Assembly (NCBI RefSeq): GCF_009914755.1
Contig: NC_060926.1
Strand: one strand, 5' to 3'
DNA: 64,000 bases
Source: the human T2T-CHM13v2.0 reference genome, Homo sapiens
The position numbers and the translations under genes are program-made. Below the pieces are notes generated by a model, which saw only the letters and a program-made list of their open reading frames with translations, was not told the origin of the DNA and did no database searches. Position 1 is the first letter of the stretch. Each line of letters begins with the position of its first letter. This document shows, one piece after another, positions 1 through 19,980 of this stretch.

Positions 1-56
1 TTCCCAAAACCTGCAACTCTAACAGCTAGATCCTTATCCATCATTATTAATATTGC

Positions 57-1915
57 ACTTATTATATATATTTATATATAATATTGCATTTAATATATAA
101 ATATAAATAATATATTAAATGTATATATAATATATTAAATATAAATATATTTATAATATATAAATATTTATATAAATATAAAATATATATAAAATATAAA
201 TATATATTAAATATATATTAAATATATTAAATATAAATATATATTAAATATATATTAAATATATAAAATATAAATATATATTAAATATATTTTAAATATA
301 TAAAATATAAATATATATTAAATATATTTTAAATATATAAAATATAAATATATATTAAATATATTTTAAATATATTAAATATAAATATATATATTAAATA
401 TATATTATATATATAAAATATATAAAATATAAATATATATTAAATATATATAAAATATATATGTTAAATATATAAAAGATATATAAAATATAAATATATT
501 AAATATATATAAAATATATATATATTAAATATATATATTAAATATAAATATATATAAAATATAAATATATGTATTAAATATATATTAAATATAAATATAT
601 GTATTAAATATATATTAAATATGAATATATGTATTAAATATATATTAAATATAAATATATGTATTATATATATAAAATATAAATATATGTATTAAATATA
701 TATATTAAATATAAATATATATAAAATATATATTAAATATAAATATATATAAAATATAAATATTAAAAATATATATAATATAAATATATATAAAATATAT
801 ATATTAAAAATATATATAATATAAATATATATAAAATATATATATTAAAAATATATATAAAATATATATATTAAAAATATATATAAAATATATATATTAA
901 AAATATATATAAAATATATATATTAAAAATATATATTAAATATAACTATATATATTAAAAATATATATTAAATATAACTATATATTAAATATATTAAATA
1001 TAACTATATATTAAATATATATTAAATATAACTATATATTAAATATATATTAAATATAACTATATATTAAATATATATTAAATATAACTATATATTAAAT
1101 ATATATTAAATATAACTATATATTAAATATATATTAAATATAACTATATATTAAATATATATTAAATATAACTATATATTAAATATATATTAAATATAAC
1201 TATATATTAAATATATATTAAATATAACTATATATTAAATATATATTAAATATAACTATATATTAAATATATATTAAATATAACTATATATTAAATATAT
1301 ATTAAATATAACTATATATTAAATATATATTAAATATAACTATATATTAAATATATATTAAATATAACTATATATTAAATATATATTAAATATAACTATA
1401 TATTAAATATATATTAAATATAACTATATATTAAATATATATTAAATATAACTATATATATTAAATATAAATATATGTATTAAATATATATTAAATATAA
1501 ATATATGTATTAAATATATATTAAATATAAATATGTGTATTAAATATATATTAAATATAAATATGTGTATTAAATATCTATATTAAATATAAATATATGT
1601 ATTAAATATCTATATTAAATATAAATATATGTATTAAATATATATTAAATATAAATATATATTAAATATATATATTAAATATATATATTAAATATATATA
1701 TTAAATATAAATATATATTAAATATATATATTAAATATAAATATATATAAAATATATATATTAAATATAAATATAAAATATATATTAAATATAAATACAT
1801 ATATTAAATATATGTATTAAATATATATATAAAATATATGTATTAAATATAAATATATATATAAAATATGTATTAAATATAAACATATATAAGAAATATA
1901 TATATGTATATATTT
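57..1915. repeat. AT-rich minisatellite / interrupted (TA)n array with a homogeneous 28-bp core
   Basis: Almost pure A/T. Core ~937-1460 repeats AAATATAACTATATATTAAATATATATT (period 28, e.g. 1081 vs 1109). 30-bp GTATT-containing units occur at ~570-690 and ~1465-1640. Confidence 0.97.
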
Positions 1916-2204
1916 AGTGTTTGGCCACAAGACAAGATCAATAATGGTTAGGTTCATTGAGATTTCTAATCTAACTTCTGGATAATGCAAAAGCTTCTCA
2001 AAGGGGGCAGAAAATTATGTCTTAATTCATGACTCTGTTCCTACCATATCTTAGTGTTTGATAAATAGTATGCCCAATAATTATTTGCTGAATAATTTAA
2101 TCATTATCATTACCTAAACATTATGAACATGCATAAAAAGTATGCATAAGACACTAAATTAAGTAATGAATGGAATTCAGAAAAGCATAGTAATAAGAGT
2201 GACA

Positions 2205-2415
2205 ATATTTACCATGCCAGACATTGTGCTCCGTGCTTTCTTTTGATGCATTGCATCCTCCTAATGACCTCACAGGTACTATCAATACCTTATTTTTGGT
2301 AGTAGAAAACCTGATTACTAGAGAAGTTAAATAAGCTATTTTCCCAAGGTCCCATAGCAAGTAAAGTGGCAGAGCCTGGATTCAAACCTAAGGCAGGTAT
2401 TCATTCCAAAGCTAT
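2205..2415 (-). mobile_element. MIR SINE
   Basis: Reverse MIR core: agagaagttaaataa...cccaaggtcccatagcaagtaaagtggcagagcctggattcaaacc. Confidence 0.75.
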
Positions 2416-2799
2416 TTCAAGTAGTCTTTAGTATGACAGAAACCCTCTTACTTGGCATTAAAATTTTTATTTATTTAAATAGCCATTTAAAATAATTCAT
2501 AATAATTAAATATGTTTTCCTTTAGCTTAAAAATATAAAAGTCTATTATTTTGCCGAACTTTTGCTATAAAACAAGCCTTGCTATTGAGTATGAATCATT
2601 CCCTTAGAATTCTATGTTGTCTTGCTTATACAAGCCACCTCTGTAGTACATTGTCCACAATTTCCAGTTCCAGTTTCTATTTAGTGGGGCCAGAATTTAT
2701 AGACATCTGAAAAATAATTTCTGGTTTTTCCTCAATCTGTTCATTGCTTCAGTAACACCTAATCCAAGGCATTTAAAAACAACAACAACAACAGCAACA

Positions 2800-3060
2800 A
2801 CTTATCTTTATCAAGTTTCTCCAAAGCCTTTGACCTAGTTCTCATACAAACAACTGTCTTTTGAGTGCATATTTAATAGGCTTATTTATATGATTCAGTT
2901 ATGTAATAACAAAACAAAAGTAACTGTCATATATAGAACAGGGAATAAACATAACGAAGTCTCGATAAGCAAACAATTCTACTGGTGAGAGCAGTGGTAA
3001 ACAAAAGAATGACCTAATAAACATGAGTATTCAGGGTCTTAAAGCATTGACTAATGCTTT
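2800..3060 (+). mobile_element. Degraded CR1/L3 LINE RT fragment
   Basis: tttctccaaagcctttgacctagttctcat resembles the CR1 RT motif FSKAFDxVxH. Heavily diverged. Confidence 0.4.
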
Positions 3061-3149
3061 TTAGAGCCAATGGGACATTAATTAATTGAGTGGAGTTTAC
3101 TTAAGCCAACTTCTACTATATTACTTACATGTATTTTTCTTTGTCGAAC

Positions 3150-3370
3150 CTTGATCCAGCACTTTACTATGTGCCAATCACTGTTCTAAGTGCTTTAAAA
3201 ATATTCACTTATTTAATCCTCAAAATTACTCTCTGGGGTACACAGTATTATTATCTAATTTTACAGAAGAGGAAACTGATGGTCTGAGAGGTTACTTACC
3301 TTGCCCTAAATATACTCCTTGTATGTGGTGAAGCAAGGATTTGATCTTAAGTGCATACTCTTAATCCGGT
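3150..3370 (-). mobile_element. MIR SINE
   Basis: tactatgtgcca...ttctaagtgcttta...ttttacagaagaggaaactga...gaggttacttaccttgccc. Confidence 0.8.
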
Positions 3371-5739
3371 GCCTACCAAACAAAAGTCATTGTACCTCCT
3401 TTTCAAAAGCCTACAATCCAGACAGAAAAGGCCACACACACATACTCCTCATACAAACTTGTAAACGATAATTATCTAACGAGGGGTCCAGGAGTACACA
3501 AACATCCCTAATCATGTCAACTAAAGCATGAAAATGCATATTCAGTCCCCATATGGTAAGCGTCTCATTTATAGGAGCCAGTTTCCATTTTTCTTCTCCC
3601 TTTTCCTTCCCCAAATGATTATAATGAACAAGGGCATTTGATTTTTCTTTTGTTAAGCATTCTTGCTTATCTCTTTACAACCATTTCCTGTATATGTTAC
3701 TATTCTTTATGGCTTCCAGGCCCTGGATCGCTAATGCAGACCACGTGTAGGAGACCTGCAGGCCAAGGAGCACCCTGGAAATTCTCTGGAATGTGTCCTG
3801 GAGGAGTACCTCCATCCTTTTATCTCAATCTTGTGGATTATGTACGATAATCCCCACAACTTCCTAAGATTCTGGGCTCAAGATTATAGAGTCATTTTCC
3901 TCTCCCAATGAAACCACACATTTTAATCTGATCCAAACATCTTTACTTTTGATGTCACAAAAACTACTTCTATGGTCTACTTTATTTATAGGCTTATAAG
4001 TAAGAGGAAATGAATCTAAATTCTTCACAATTTTATATTGTCAATGACCTCCTCCACTTGGAAAGTAATTTTGACCATCAGGACATATGCATAATTTATA
4101 TCAAGAAAAATGTGTTGCATCTTTAAAAATCATGTAATGTTTCTTTTAAGAAGGTCATATACACATGGTTCAAATATCAGAAGTACAAAATTTCTATAGA
4201 AAGCCTTCCTCTTAACTCTATGCCCCAGTTACCTATGCCATCTCTGGGAGGCACACACTATTCCCTAGTATGAGGAACATTTTAAAAATAAATATTTAAA
4301 TGGCCTGAAATGTGTTAATCAATCAATAAGATGAATAGCTTTGATTAACTAAGAAGATAAATATTTGGTGCCACATTTGAACTAAACTATTGCTTCAAAA
4401 TAACAGCTTTTCTGAAATCCTCTTAATATCCTATTAACACTGAGAGTAGCTAAAAAAAAAAGTAAGAATTCCAACATTAAAATACAGACATGGAATAGCA
4501 CTTGGACTATGAGAGATGACTTTTCTACCCAGAACATATATTAAGATATATATATATATACACAGATATAAGGTGAGGACTTGGTTTTGATTTCAAGCAA
4601 GTGAGGCTCAGGTCAATCTCATCAAGATTTCCATGCACACATTAAGTCAAATGAGCTTGCTTTCAATGAGCAAATCTGCTAATATCATAGAATAAATAGA
4701 TTACTCCCTTTCCAGGCATCCTGGGAAAACTGGGTTATGTTCAGTTCTGGCATGAACTTGCCTGCTTTTCACTGTGTATTTTCTTTCACATTTGCTGTTC
4801 ATAAAAGCACAATCCTCGGGTAGTGCATGTTATAAGATGCTTTCAAATCTCCATTGTATAAAAGAATGTGACAGGGAGCAATAATTTATATTTTATTTCT
4901 CAGAGAGGGCACTGGATTTCTTCAGAAAAACCCTCAAGTGATATATGCGTATTTGGTTTGTGAGTCAGGTTTGCCTGTACACAAAGGCAAATCTAACTTA
5001 TAACTTATTCATGATTAATTGTCCTTCTGGGGGACAGGAAAAACATAATTGAATTCCAAAAAGAGTCTCTCAAACTCATTTATTGATTATCTTATTCCTT
5101 CCCACCTCACCCTCATCTTTTGGAAAATAGAAATGCTGTAAGCAAAATTAGAAGACACGAATTTCATTTCCTTTCATTTCTCCTGGTCTTCTTAGCTCCT
5201 AGCTACTAAACAAGCCGCAGAGAGGGGAACTGTGACTTGAATGTGCTTAAGGAAGCCACAAACTAGATGTTTAAAATGCCTCTGAATATTTATGATTTGA
5301 TTGGGATAATGACCCTCATGCTATTGATACTATATTCTGAAAATAATATATTATGAGTATGGCTGATTGCCAGGTTGAAAATAATAACCTATGTCTGGTC
5401 TTTGGTGCTATAATGACATTTATTTTAGTATGGCCATCATTATCATCATCACCATCATTATATAAAATCACAGTTTGCACATGTTATATATGACCTCAAT
5501 TTAGGCCTTGGCTAGGCTGAATGGCCCCTGTCCATTAACAGAAAACCATTGTATCCATGTTCATATGTTTCAGCATTCAAAGATTGTTTTCATGGCTCTA
5601 ACAAACAAATCTTATAATTTAGGGTCAAAGATCCCCAGTGATCACTGAAGCTTCTATCATCTTTTATGCAAAGACATAGTCTATGTGGAATGAAACAAAT
5701 AAAAATGGAACAAATGAAATGATATGAAAACAAAACAAA

Positions 5740-7110
5740 ACAAATAGTTGCTGAACACCTACTATGTGTCAGGCATCCTGCTAAGGGTGAGATACCAGGG
5801 TATACAAAATCTACACTGTCTCTATTTTTGTGCAGATTAGGTACCCTTGGGAGAGAGAGAAAGAATAATGAGGGCTATTTAGGGAAAGTCTAAAAATCTG
5901 TGCAGGTACATAGCAGGGCACTTTACTCAGGCTCGGCAGGTGGAATATTAGGGAAGACTTCACCAAGTGCTGCTGATTTGAGACATAAAGTCTTTATAAG
6001 AACTAGCCAAACATGAGAGGCTGGGGAATGAAATGGTAGTTCTAGGAAGAAAAGTCCTTTTGTTAAAGGTACAGGGCCCAAAGGGAGCAGGAGTGTCCCA
6101 GAAAAGGAAAGATACTTAGTATGATGAATGGCAGGGCAAAAAGAGGAGAAAGTGTTGAGAGATGAGGCTAGAAAGCAAGGCAGAGTCCAAAGCAGATCAC
6201 GCAGAGACTTATTCAAATTAATTGTGAAATTGGAGATTATCCTAAGAGCAATTGGAAATCACCAAAAGGGCTTTGAAAATAGAATCAATATAATTATGTT
6301 TGGATTTTAAAAATATCACAATGACTGGTGTAGAGAGAATAGAACAATGGTAGGCAAAACAGGAAACAATTACAGCAATTCAACTGAGATATAATGGAGG
6401 CAATGATGGCAACAATGACAAAAAGGACTAAATGGTTACTTAGATACGTATAGCAAATATATAGAATTATTAATTCCCTTGGTGAATAAGCAGCTGTGAT
6501 GAATATGAAACCCAAGTTCTTGGTTGGCTCACAGAAAGATGACCCAGATTGGGCAAAAAGCTGATGAGTTCTATTGTGGCAATGTTACAATTCAGGTGTT
6601 GGTGGGAGACCCAAGTGGAACTATCTAGATGACTGCTAGATATAAGAATCTCAAATCAGGTGTCAAACCTGTGAAAAGCTGTACAATTGGGAACAATTCA
6701 CATAGAGCCTTAGAAGTAGATGGAGTTATAAAAACGGTGTTTGGTAAGAGAAAGAAGCAGCTCTGAACAGACTATTAAGGGATGGAGGGAGAAGAGGAAC
6801 CCAAAAAAGAGGCTGAAAAGGTCAGAAAAGTGGAAGAAAAATCTGCAAATGTGTAGAAGGTGGTACCAAGAAAGCTAAGGGATTAGAGCATTTCAAGAGC
6901 GAGCATTAGTGCTGCAGAGAAGTCAAATAAAACTGTGAATGAGATATGTCGATTGCATTTGGCAACAAATAGGTCACTGGTGACCTTGGCAATAGCAGTC
7001 TCAGTGAAGTGGTATTAACAAAATCCCCATGGCAGGAAGTTGAGCTGTGGGAGGTGCAGGGGTGGTGACACTAAGTATATGCAGCACTTTCAAGATGTTT
7101 GGTTTTGAAA
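5740..7110 (-). mobile_element. L2 LINE fragment
   Basis: Begins with the reversed L2 3' end (tgaacacctactatgtgtcaggc), followed by a purine-rich L2 body with motifs such as aggtcactggtgaccttggc. Confidence 0.8.
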
Positions 7111-8252
7111 TAGAAGAGAGAAATAAAACAACTTTCTTTACAAAAATAAAATTCTTTATAGCAGTTAAACATCATTTAATATTGCACAGTATTGTTGTTA
7201 AAATAGAAACAGTTATAGAGAACATTTCAAAGGAAAGGCCTTCGTCTCCAATTCTTAAATATTTTGAATTTGTGCCAGTGCTTAATGTTCAAAATTCTTG
7301 TTTAGCATATTTCTTTTCAATGTACTCCATTTCTCTTAAATGAAAGAAGTCAAATATCTCTCCTAAGGGCATATTTGGCTCCACAACCATGTGGCTTTCA
7401 GCCATTTTTGTCATCAACAGTCCTTTAGATTTCTGGCTTACACAGCCAACTAAGAGAGAGTACTGTACACAAATGAGGGGGAAAGTCTAGGCCTTTATGC
7501 CTTCTCCAGTATTTTGTCTCTTTTTTTCAAAGAAAGAATTGAGTGATTTGAAAGTCCAACTAATTTAACCTTGGTTTAGAGATGGGGAAATAGATGCTTA
7601 TAAAATTATTGAATATTCAAAATATAGAATATATAAGTGGCAAAATGAAATCCATGACACTGATCTTAATCATTTGGCTGTATATTCCATCTTTTCCCAT
7701 TGAATCCAAAGTGTAAAGTTTAAAACTATGAGGTGAATTCTCTCTCCTTTATATTAATAACTATTAGTGGTTACTTGAAATGCCAGACTCTTCTATGTCA
7801 TCTGCTCATATGAAGGACCTCTATATGGGATCGGATAGAAACAATTTCATCAAGAGTGCCCCTTAGAGTTAATTTCAACAAGAGTTTGGTTCCCTACTAT
7901 ACTAAAACATGTTAACACTCTATTTGACAAGTTAACCAAGAATGTAGAGATCTAAAAGAATTCTGTGATTCCAAGTATTGAACAAGTTTTCCTAAATGTG
8001 CCGGACAAAAACTTTGCCAAACACCGTAGATATTGGAAAAATTCTGTTCCATAATATGAAGCCACTCTAGACTTTAAGCAGAAAATTTGATTGCTCAAAA
8101 TCCATCTGTTGCTGTGGTTTAACAATGGGGGTGGGGGGTGGGGGGGGAATATTGTTGGAAGAAATCTAGTGAAGAAGTGATTGAAGAAAATAATACCAGA
8201 ACCTAAATAAAAGCATAAAAGCCTTGGCTATTGCAATGACTGTATTCGGGGG

Positions 8253-8254
<2 letters not shown>

Positions 8255-8299
<45 letters not shown>
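8255..8299. repeat. (AC)n microsatellite, ~22 units
   Basis: Read directly from the sequence. Confidence 0.98.
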
Positions 8300-8300
<1 letters not shown>

Positions 8301-8931
8301 CTTTAGTTGCAAAAAAGCGATAACCTAAAACTACTATGAGGATCATTTTTTTTTTTTTAGTCTTGGGTACAAAAAAATGTTTTCCGTATGTCTTCTTCAA
8401 AATGACTGGTTCCAAGTTTTTCGTACACCATTTTTTCACCCCATGAACTAGTGTATTATTAGAAATCAACAATGCCTTTTTATATCATAGTGGCAGCATC
8501 ATACGTGCTTCAAAATTTAGAAATTGACAACACTTTGATGTGTTTTATCTACCTTCCCTTCAATTTTACTTTGATTATATAATTTAAACTTATTATACTC
8601 TTTATCAAATATTTCTAGTAAATATTATTTTATCATGAAAAAGTGAATAAAAATAAATTTACATGGATAAATGTAAACAAAACCTTTATATACAGTATGA
8701 AAAATGAAGCTATTTTCTAAATGAAAATATTAAACAAAAGATGTCAAAAATTTAAAGTTCAATCACATAAAGATGCCAATGAAATTGGACTAATTTTGGA
8801 GGCTTAATCATGGTTGCATCTGTATCACTTAACTCAAAGTATATTAGATAAAATTAGGAATAAAAGGAGGAACTGATAGTGTTCTTGTTTTTTCTATACC
8901 GGGATTTTTTTTTTGGTTCAGTATATGCTAG

Positions 8932-9110
<179 letters not shown>

Positions 9111-10669
9111 ACAATAGGTTATTTTCTAAAGGGCTGAATGTAGACAGCAGGATTTTTGTTTGTATAAATTTAGTTCAATAATAAAAATAAAATAGTCTCA
9201 GAAACAGATATAGTCTGAGATTGAGGAAATAATGTAAAACTAAATCCTTTTACAGAAACTGCTAGTAACATTTTACATGTAAAAATGTCCCATTAAAAGT
9301 GTTTTATTATATCTTTGCTCATTGTTATTACAAAATATGGGCTTAGGTTGTACACAGGTTTACAAGGTTCAAAATGCTTTTGCTTGCTATATCTCTTAAT
9401 CTCATAACCATTTTGGCAAGTAGTTAAAAAGTCTTACGTATTATTTTTTCAGATGAAGAAACTGAGGCTCAAAGATTAAGGGTTTTTAAATGGTCACTTG
9501 AAACTTAACACAGAGTTCTTTGCATTTACCATTGTGATATGAATCAGAAAAGACTCATATTCCTGTTGACTTATCAAGTCATTTATTCTGATTTATTAGA
9601 TCAGAGTATGTATTCACATAAGTAATAAAGGAAAATATGTAAATACTTATTAATTATGCTTTAATGCATTCTACTCTTTGTTTTTAAAACACTAAAATTA
9701 TATCATAAAATAGCAACCATAGTCTTCAGATACTTTTAGTTTGCCCTCTCATGAGCTTTTAGCTTAGATTTGAGCTCCTTATCTCAAGGCAGGAGAAATT
9801 TCTGAATATAGACACTAAGAGAGTGTGTTATCTGTGTAAGGCTTAAAATAAGATTACAATAAGCAATCGAACTACAAGTTAGTCTTTCTTTTATAAGTCA
9901 TATACTACAGCAATTCTAAACAATGTCAGTTTTAACGTAATACCCATTGCCAAGGTGTACTATCCCACTGTCTGAACTGACCCTACCACAGTGGAGAATT
10001 CCTCTGTTATAGCCCATGAATCACATGTGACACTTAAACTTCTTTATCAGAGCCACCCCAAAATAATCTGTGGTGTGTAAATTGACAAGTACTATTCTCC
10101 ATTAATTTGCCATGACAGTGAAAAGCCAGAACTCATGGAAGCACATGTGTCCACATACTGTCTCCTCAATAATGCTTCCCCAAGATACACATTTAAAAAA
10201 CATTCCTATAGTTTAATTTCATAGGAGAAGCTAATAATACTGCTTATATGAACACTAAGGTTTACAAAGGTGACATAAAAAGGGAATCCTATGAATTATG
10301 CAGAATCCTTGTTGATGGCCATTTGGTACATAGCATATTTTTGTTATCAAAACGACTACTTGAAGGGGAAATGAGCTTCAATTGGTTAAGTGTGAATAGC
10401 ATGATGAATAACGACTTAAAAACCTGTGAAAGAGCACCATTTCACTATATATCTGCACACACACACACTCTATAACATTGTGATCAATGGAACGAATAAA
10501 ATCACTAAAATAAAGCCTAGTGAATTTAATCATTTTCCCTTTTTTGTGAAAGCTAATTATTTACTTGTCTTTGTGAAAATCATTAATAAATCTCTTGATT
10601 TCAGGAAGTAGTTGACAATGTCTCTAGCTGTACCCGTGGATAGAGGAAAAATATATAAATTGGGAGATT

Positions 10670-11340
10670 TCTATATCTGGTAATAGCAGGGTACGTAATT
10701 CAACCAACACTCCTGCCAAAGACTGCTATCAAAGCTGGACAAAATATGTTTTTAAATATCTTTGATGGCACTGGGAAGTTAACAAAAGGATAAAGAACTA
10801 CTGAGTATTTTGGAGCTGTTTTTCTCTTAGTACACTTTCTCATTTCAATGGTAGTAGCTGAGAGCGTAAAAGACTTCATGGTGCTTTTAATGCCTCACTA
10901 AAAGGGCCATTTCACTAGTGAGAAAGGGATTGGATTTCAAGGCTACACTGGGAGCCCTGATGAAAGTCCTTTGCAGGCCATTGGAATCAGAAACATCAGA
11001 ATCCTCGGAATTATAGTAAATTGCAAGTAGACGGTTGTACTGAAGACCACAGCATAGTATTTAATGATCTTGATTCCTGAAATTGGATTGATGGGATCAG
11101 AGGGACCTAGCAGGGTAGAATATAATGTCATTTAGGCCTCAAATTATTTCTGCAAAATATTTTGCTAATACAATGACTAGCAACAAACCAAAGTAACAAC
11201 ACACTTTTAAAAAAACAAGCCAAGATGAGTAAACGACAAATAGAAACGGAACTGAGCAACCACAGGGGCTCCAGATATTAGAGTCATCAAAAACAGGCTT
11301 TAAAACAATTATGCTTTTTTTTTTTTTCTCTTCAAGATGA
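10670..11340 (+). mobile_element. Old L1M 5' region (UTR / start of ORF1)
   Basis: ccagatattagagtcatcaaaaacaggctttaaaacaattatg resembles the L1M ORF1 start. Diverged. Confidence 0.55.
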
Positions 11341-11359
11341 CTGACTAGGGACATTGTAT

Positions 11360-16540
<5,181 letters not shown>

Positions 16541-16599
16541 TGAAAATGTTTACTACACCTACTGTGAAAATGTTGGAGGATTTTTTTTTTTTTGAGATT

Positions 16600-17950
16600 G
16601 AGAACAATCCAATGTTTCTTGCTATTACTACTTCTATTCAACATTGTACTGGAAGTTCTAGTCAGTTAATCAAGAAAAATAAATTAGTTATATGAGTTAA
16701 AAATAAAAAAAAATTAGAACATATTTTCCCAAAAAAATCTGCAAAAAAAATTAGAATTCAGAATTGAATTCTGCAAGGCTTCCAGATGTAAGGGAAGTGC
16801 TGCAAAATCAATTGCATTTCTATATACAAGAAAGAAACAAAATTTAGAAAAATATATTACTTGCACCCCAAAAAGGGTGTGCAAATATCTCAAAATAAAT
16901 TTAACAACCTGTGTGCAACTTCCAACATAGAAAACTATAAGATATTAATAATAGAAATCAAAGATGATCTAAATAAAGTGATATGCCACATTCATGGTTT
17001 GGAAGACTCAATATTTTAAAGATATTAATGTACCTCATATTGATTCAACACAATACTAAATAAAATTCCAACATAATTTTGTTTGCATGTTTGTATTTTT
17101 TTTAAACACTCTTGTTTTGAAAAACTGATTCTAAAATGTGTATGTTGATGCAGATGATCAAGAGTAGGCAACTTGCTCTTGAAGAAGAAGACAAAGGTGG
17201 GGAGTTTTGTTGTCTCAACTATGGAATCTGTAAAGTTGTAGTAACTATGATACTGTAATCCTTGTACAAAGATAAGTAGACTAGTATAACAGATCAGAGA
17301 ACTCAAAAGCAATCCCCTCATACACGGATGCTTTATTAACAACAAAGGGCAAATACAAAGCATTGAGAAAGCAGAGCTTCCCAAAAGACAGTTCTGGGGA
17401 TATTGGTTCTCGGTAGTGATAAAATGAATCTTGGTCCCCTACATTACACCATGCAAAAGATAATTAATTTCAGATTCATTGGAAACTATGTGTGAAAGAT
17501 GAAACAAGGTAAAGTTTCTAAAAGGCAAAATAGGAGGTGATATTCATGATCTGAGTAGGGAAAGAATATTCCTCATGTAAGAGGAACATACAAGAAAGAA
17601 TGATAAATTAAACTATGTGAAAATTAAGAACTTCTGTTTTCCAAAAGAGACCAACCAGGAGTATTAAGAAGACAAGATAATGATTTCATTTACATAGACT
17701 TCAAAAAGCAAGCAAAATTAAACTCTTGTACGTAATGGTTAAAACTATAAAGCAAAACAGTGACATGCATAAAAATCTGGTGTGAGAGAAAGAAGAGTAA
17801 TGACTAAATTCTGTCAGAAGAAGAGTTTCTATTTCCTGATGAGGGTAGAAATTATACAGTTTACTTTGTGATAATTTATGAAGCTGTTTGTTTTTGTTTG
17901 GGGCACCTTTTATTATATATTTTATATTTTACAATATAAAATGCGAAAAA
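16600..17950 (+). mobile_element. Old L1M ORF2 / 3' fragments
   Basis: ctattcaacattgtactggaagttctag, aaaatcaattgcatttctatatac and catggtttggaagactcaatatt are L1 ORF2 motifs, more diverged than the upstream L1. Confidence 0.8.
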
Positions 17951-19239
17951 CAACAATAAAAACATATGGACTAGCTGAATGGTCACTTCAAAATAGAACT
18001 ACTTAGTGTATTGATAGTCAGTTAAGGTGTCTGAAAGGTTCTCAGTTTTCTATGTTAATTTGAATCTGTCAGTGTTTAGATTCAGGATTTATATAATATT
18101 GAAGGAGCCACGACTATGAAATTTTCAGATTGTTTATAGCTGAGACAGATGACAGAACTGAGATTTAAAATGGTCTTGACGGACTTGTAATTCTAGCCCC
18201 AAATCAACAAGAGGAAATGTATCAGGGATAATATACGCATAGCATACCAAACACTGGCTGTCAGGGGGTTAGGCAGAGAGGCCCCAGGGCTCCCGCTGCC
18301 AAGAAATTTTTCACAAGGTCCCCGTGAGAATGTCAGACAGAGCTCCATGAGTTGGCCTTGCTTTGGGATGCCATTGAACAATGGCTCTTGGCATCCAATA
18401 GGAATTTTTAAAACCCACCCAAATGCAGGAACACATACAACAGAGAGGGTCAGCAAAGGGAACAGACAAAACAAGGTCTTCAAAACCTGAAAAGAAAAAG
18501 CAGCAGCAGCAGCTCACGCTTCTTCCCACTATCTGAGCAAACAGGCAAGCCGAGTTTGGGAGGAAAGCACGGCCCAGTACTACAGAATGGTTCTTTAAGC
18601 AGCTGCATGAATAACAACTCACTGAGAACAGTCATATATGCTGAATCACATCCCAGACACCTCATTACAGTCATGGGGGAAAGGGAGCAAATCAAAGAGG
18701 ATTCAGAGAAACCAGAAGAGAAGTGGTTACCTCCACCACTCTGAAATCCTGATTGGAGAGTATAAGACTATATAATGAAATAGTTATAGATCTCACTACA
18801 TAGCCAAAGTCCAGTCATTCGCATCAAATCCTATTGCTATACCTGTAACATTCCAACTTATAGAACCCTTCCAGGTGGTGTTAAATATACATACCAGAAC
18901 CTACCCCATTAACACAGGCAAGATTCCTACACTCCAGATGAGCAAGATGATTTCAGCTGTACACCTTCGAGAATCCTGTCCACAGCCCCAAACCATCTCT
19001 GGATCAAGTTGGGTGTATTCATAAATCATTCATTATGCTGGAACAGCTTAGGTCAGAACTAGTCTAAAAGTATAATTGTGGCTTTGCTTGTCTGAATCCC
19101 AACTCTGGTAAGGCAGGAACGGTGTCTGACATGTTTCCCAGTGGATTTCTAGGGCCAAACCCCAAGTAACACTCTGTGATTCTTGAGGGAAGGAAACGAT
19201 GCTGTCAGGCAGAAAGGCAGGAAGGAAAATTCAGATAAA

Positions 19240-19980
19240 AAGCCCTAGGATTTATGACTAGCCATACATTTGCCATAAGACAACAGTAGAATACGATTAT
19301 TTAACAAGCAAACATATTGCTAGACTACAGCAATAGAAGCTTACAATCTAGATAATGAGGGAGAAAAAAGTTTCCATCCACTCTAGTCATAACACATCTG
19401 CAGCACTGAGTTCCACACCCAGTGGCCACATTTAAACAACACATCAAGAAAGTTAAGTTCAGGGATGGTGAGCGGAGTAATAACAGATATGTAAAATAAC
19501 CCCAAGATCAGTTGAAGAAGCCAGAGCTGTGTGCCTTGGAAAGGAGAGGGAAGAAAATGGTCATCTTCCATGGAGGAGAAGAAGTAGTCATGTTTCTCAA
19601 ACCTGGCTGTGTAGCCATGTCACCTATCGGAGCTTTGCAAAAATACTGGGTCCTCAGGCCACTCCAGACCTCTTGAAACTCTCAGGATGATACTTGGAGC
19701 TGTGTGTTTGCACAAAGCAAACACACTAGATGACTCTAATGCAAAATCAACATTGAGAACCTCTGATGTAGACCTATTCTGTTTTTCTAATTGAAAGTCT
19801 TAGGATCAATGTGTACAAATTGTAGAGGAATGGATATAAGCTTTAAAAATAATAAATAATCTTGTTAACGAATACTCCACAATAGAATATCTAGGTTGGC
19901 AACAAAGTTGTTTTAGAAAACCTTTGGAAATATTCAGAAGAGACAGCAATAGCAACAGCAAAATCTTCTGAGGATACTGC
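19240..19980 (+). mobile_element. CR1/L3 3' fragments interrupted by MER5
   Basis: cacatctgcagcactgagttccacacccagtggccacatttaa...aagttcagggatgg is a typical L3 3' region. A further L3-like piece lies near 18020-18240. Confidence 0.55.
19587..19765. mobile_element. MER5-like hAT-Charlie element
   Basis: Termini gtttctcaaacctggctg ... ttgagaacctctg, with internal ggagctttgcaaaaatac and ccactccagacc. Confidence 0.75.

Noticed and set aside
57-1915. A PATRR-type perfect long palindrome or a CRISPR-like array
   Set aside because: The units are direct tandem repeats with A-strand bias, no unique spacers and no single symmetry centre.
7790-8040. Possible processed pseudogene or exon
   Set aside because: The frames I translated contain stops, give no recognisable protein and show no poly-A or TSD.
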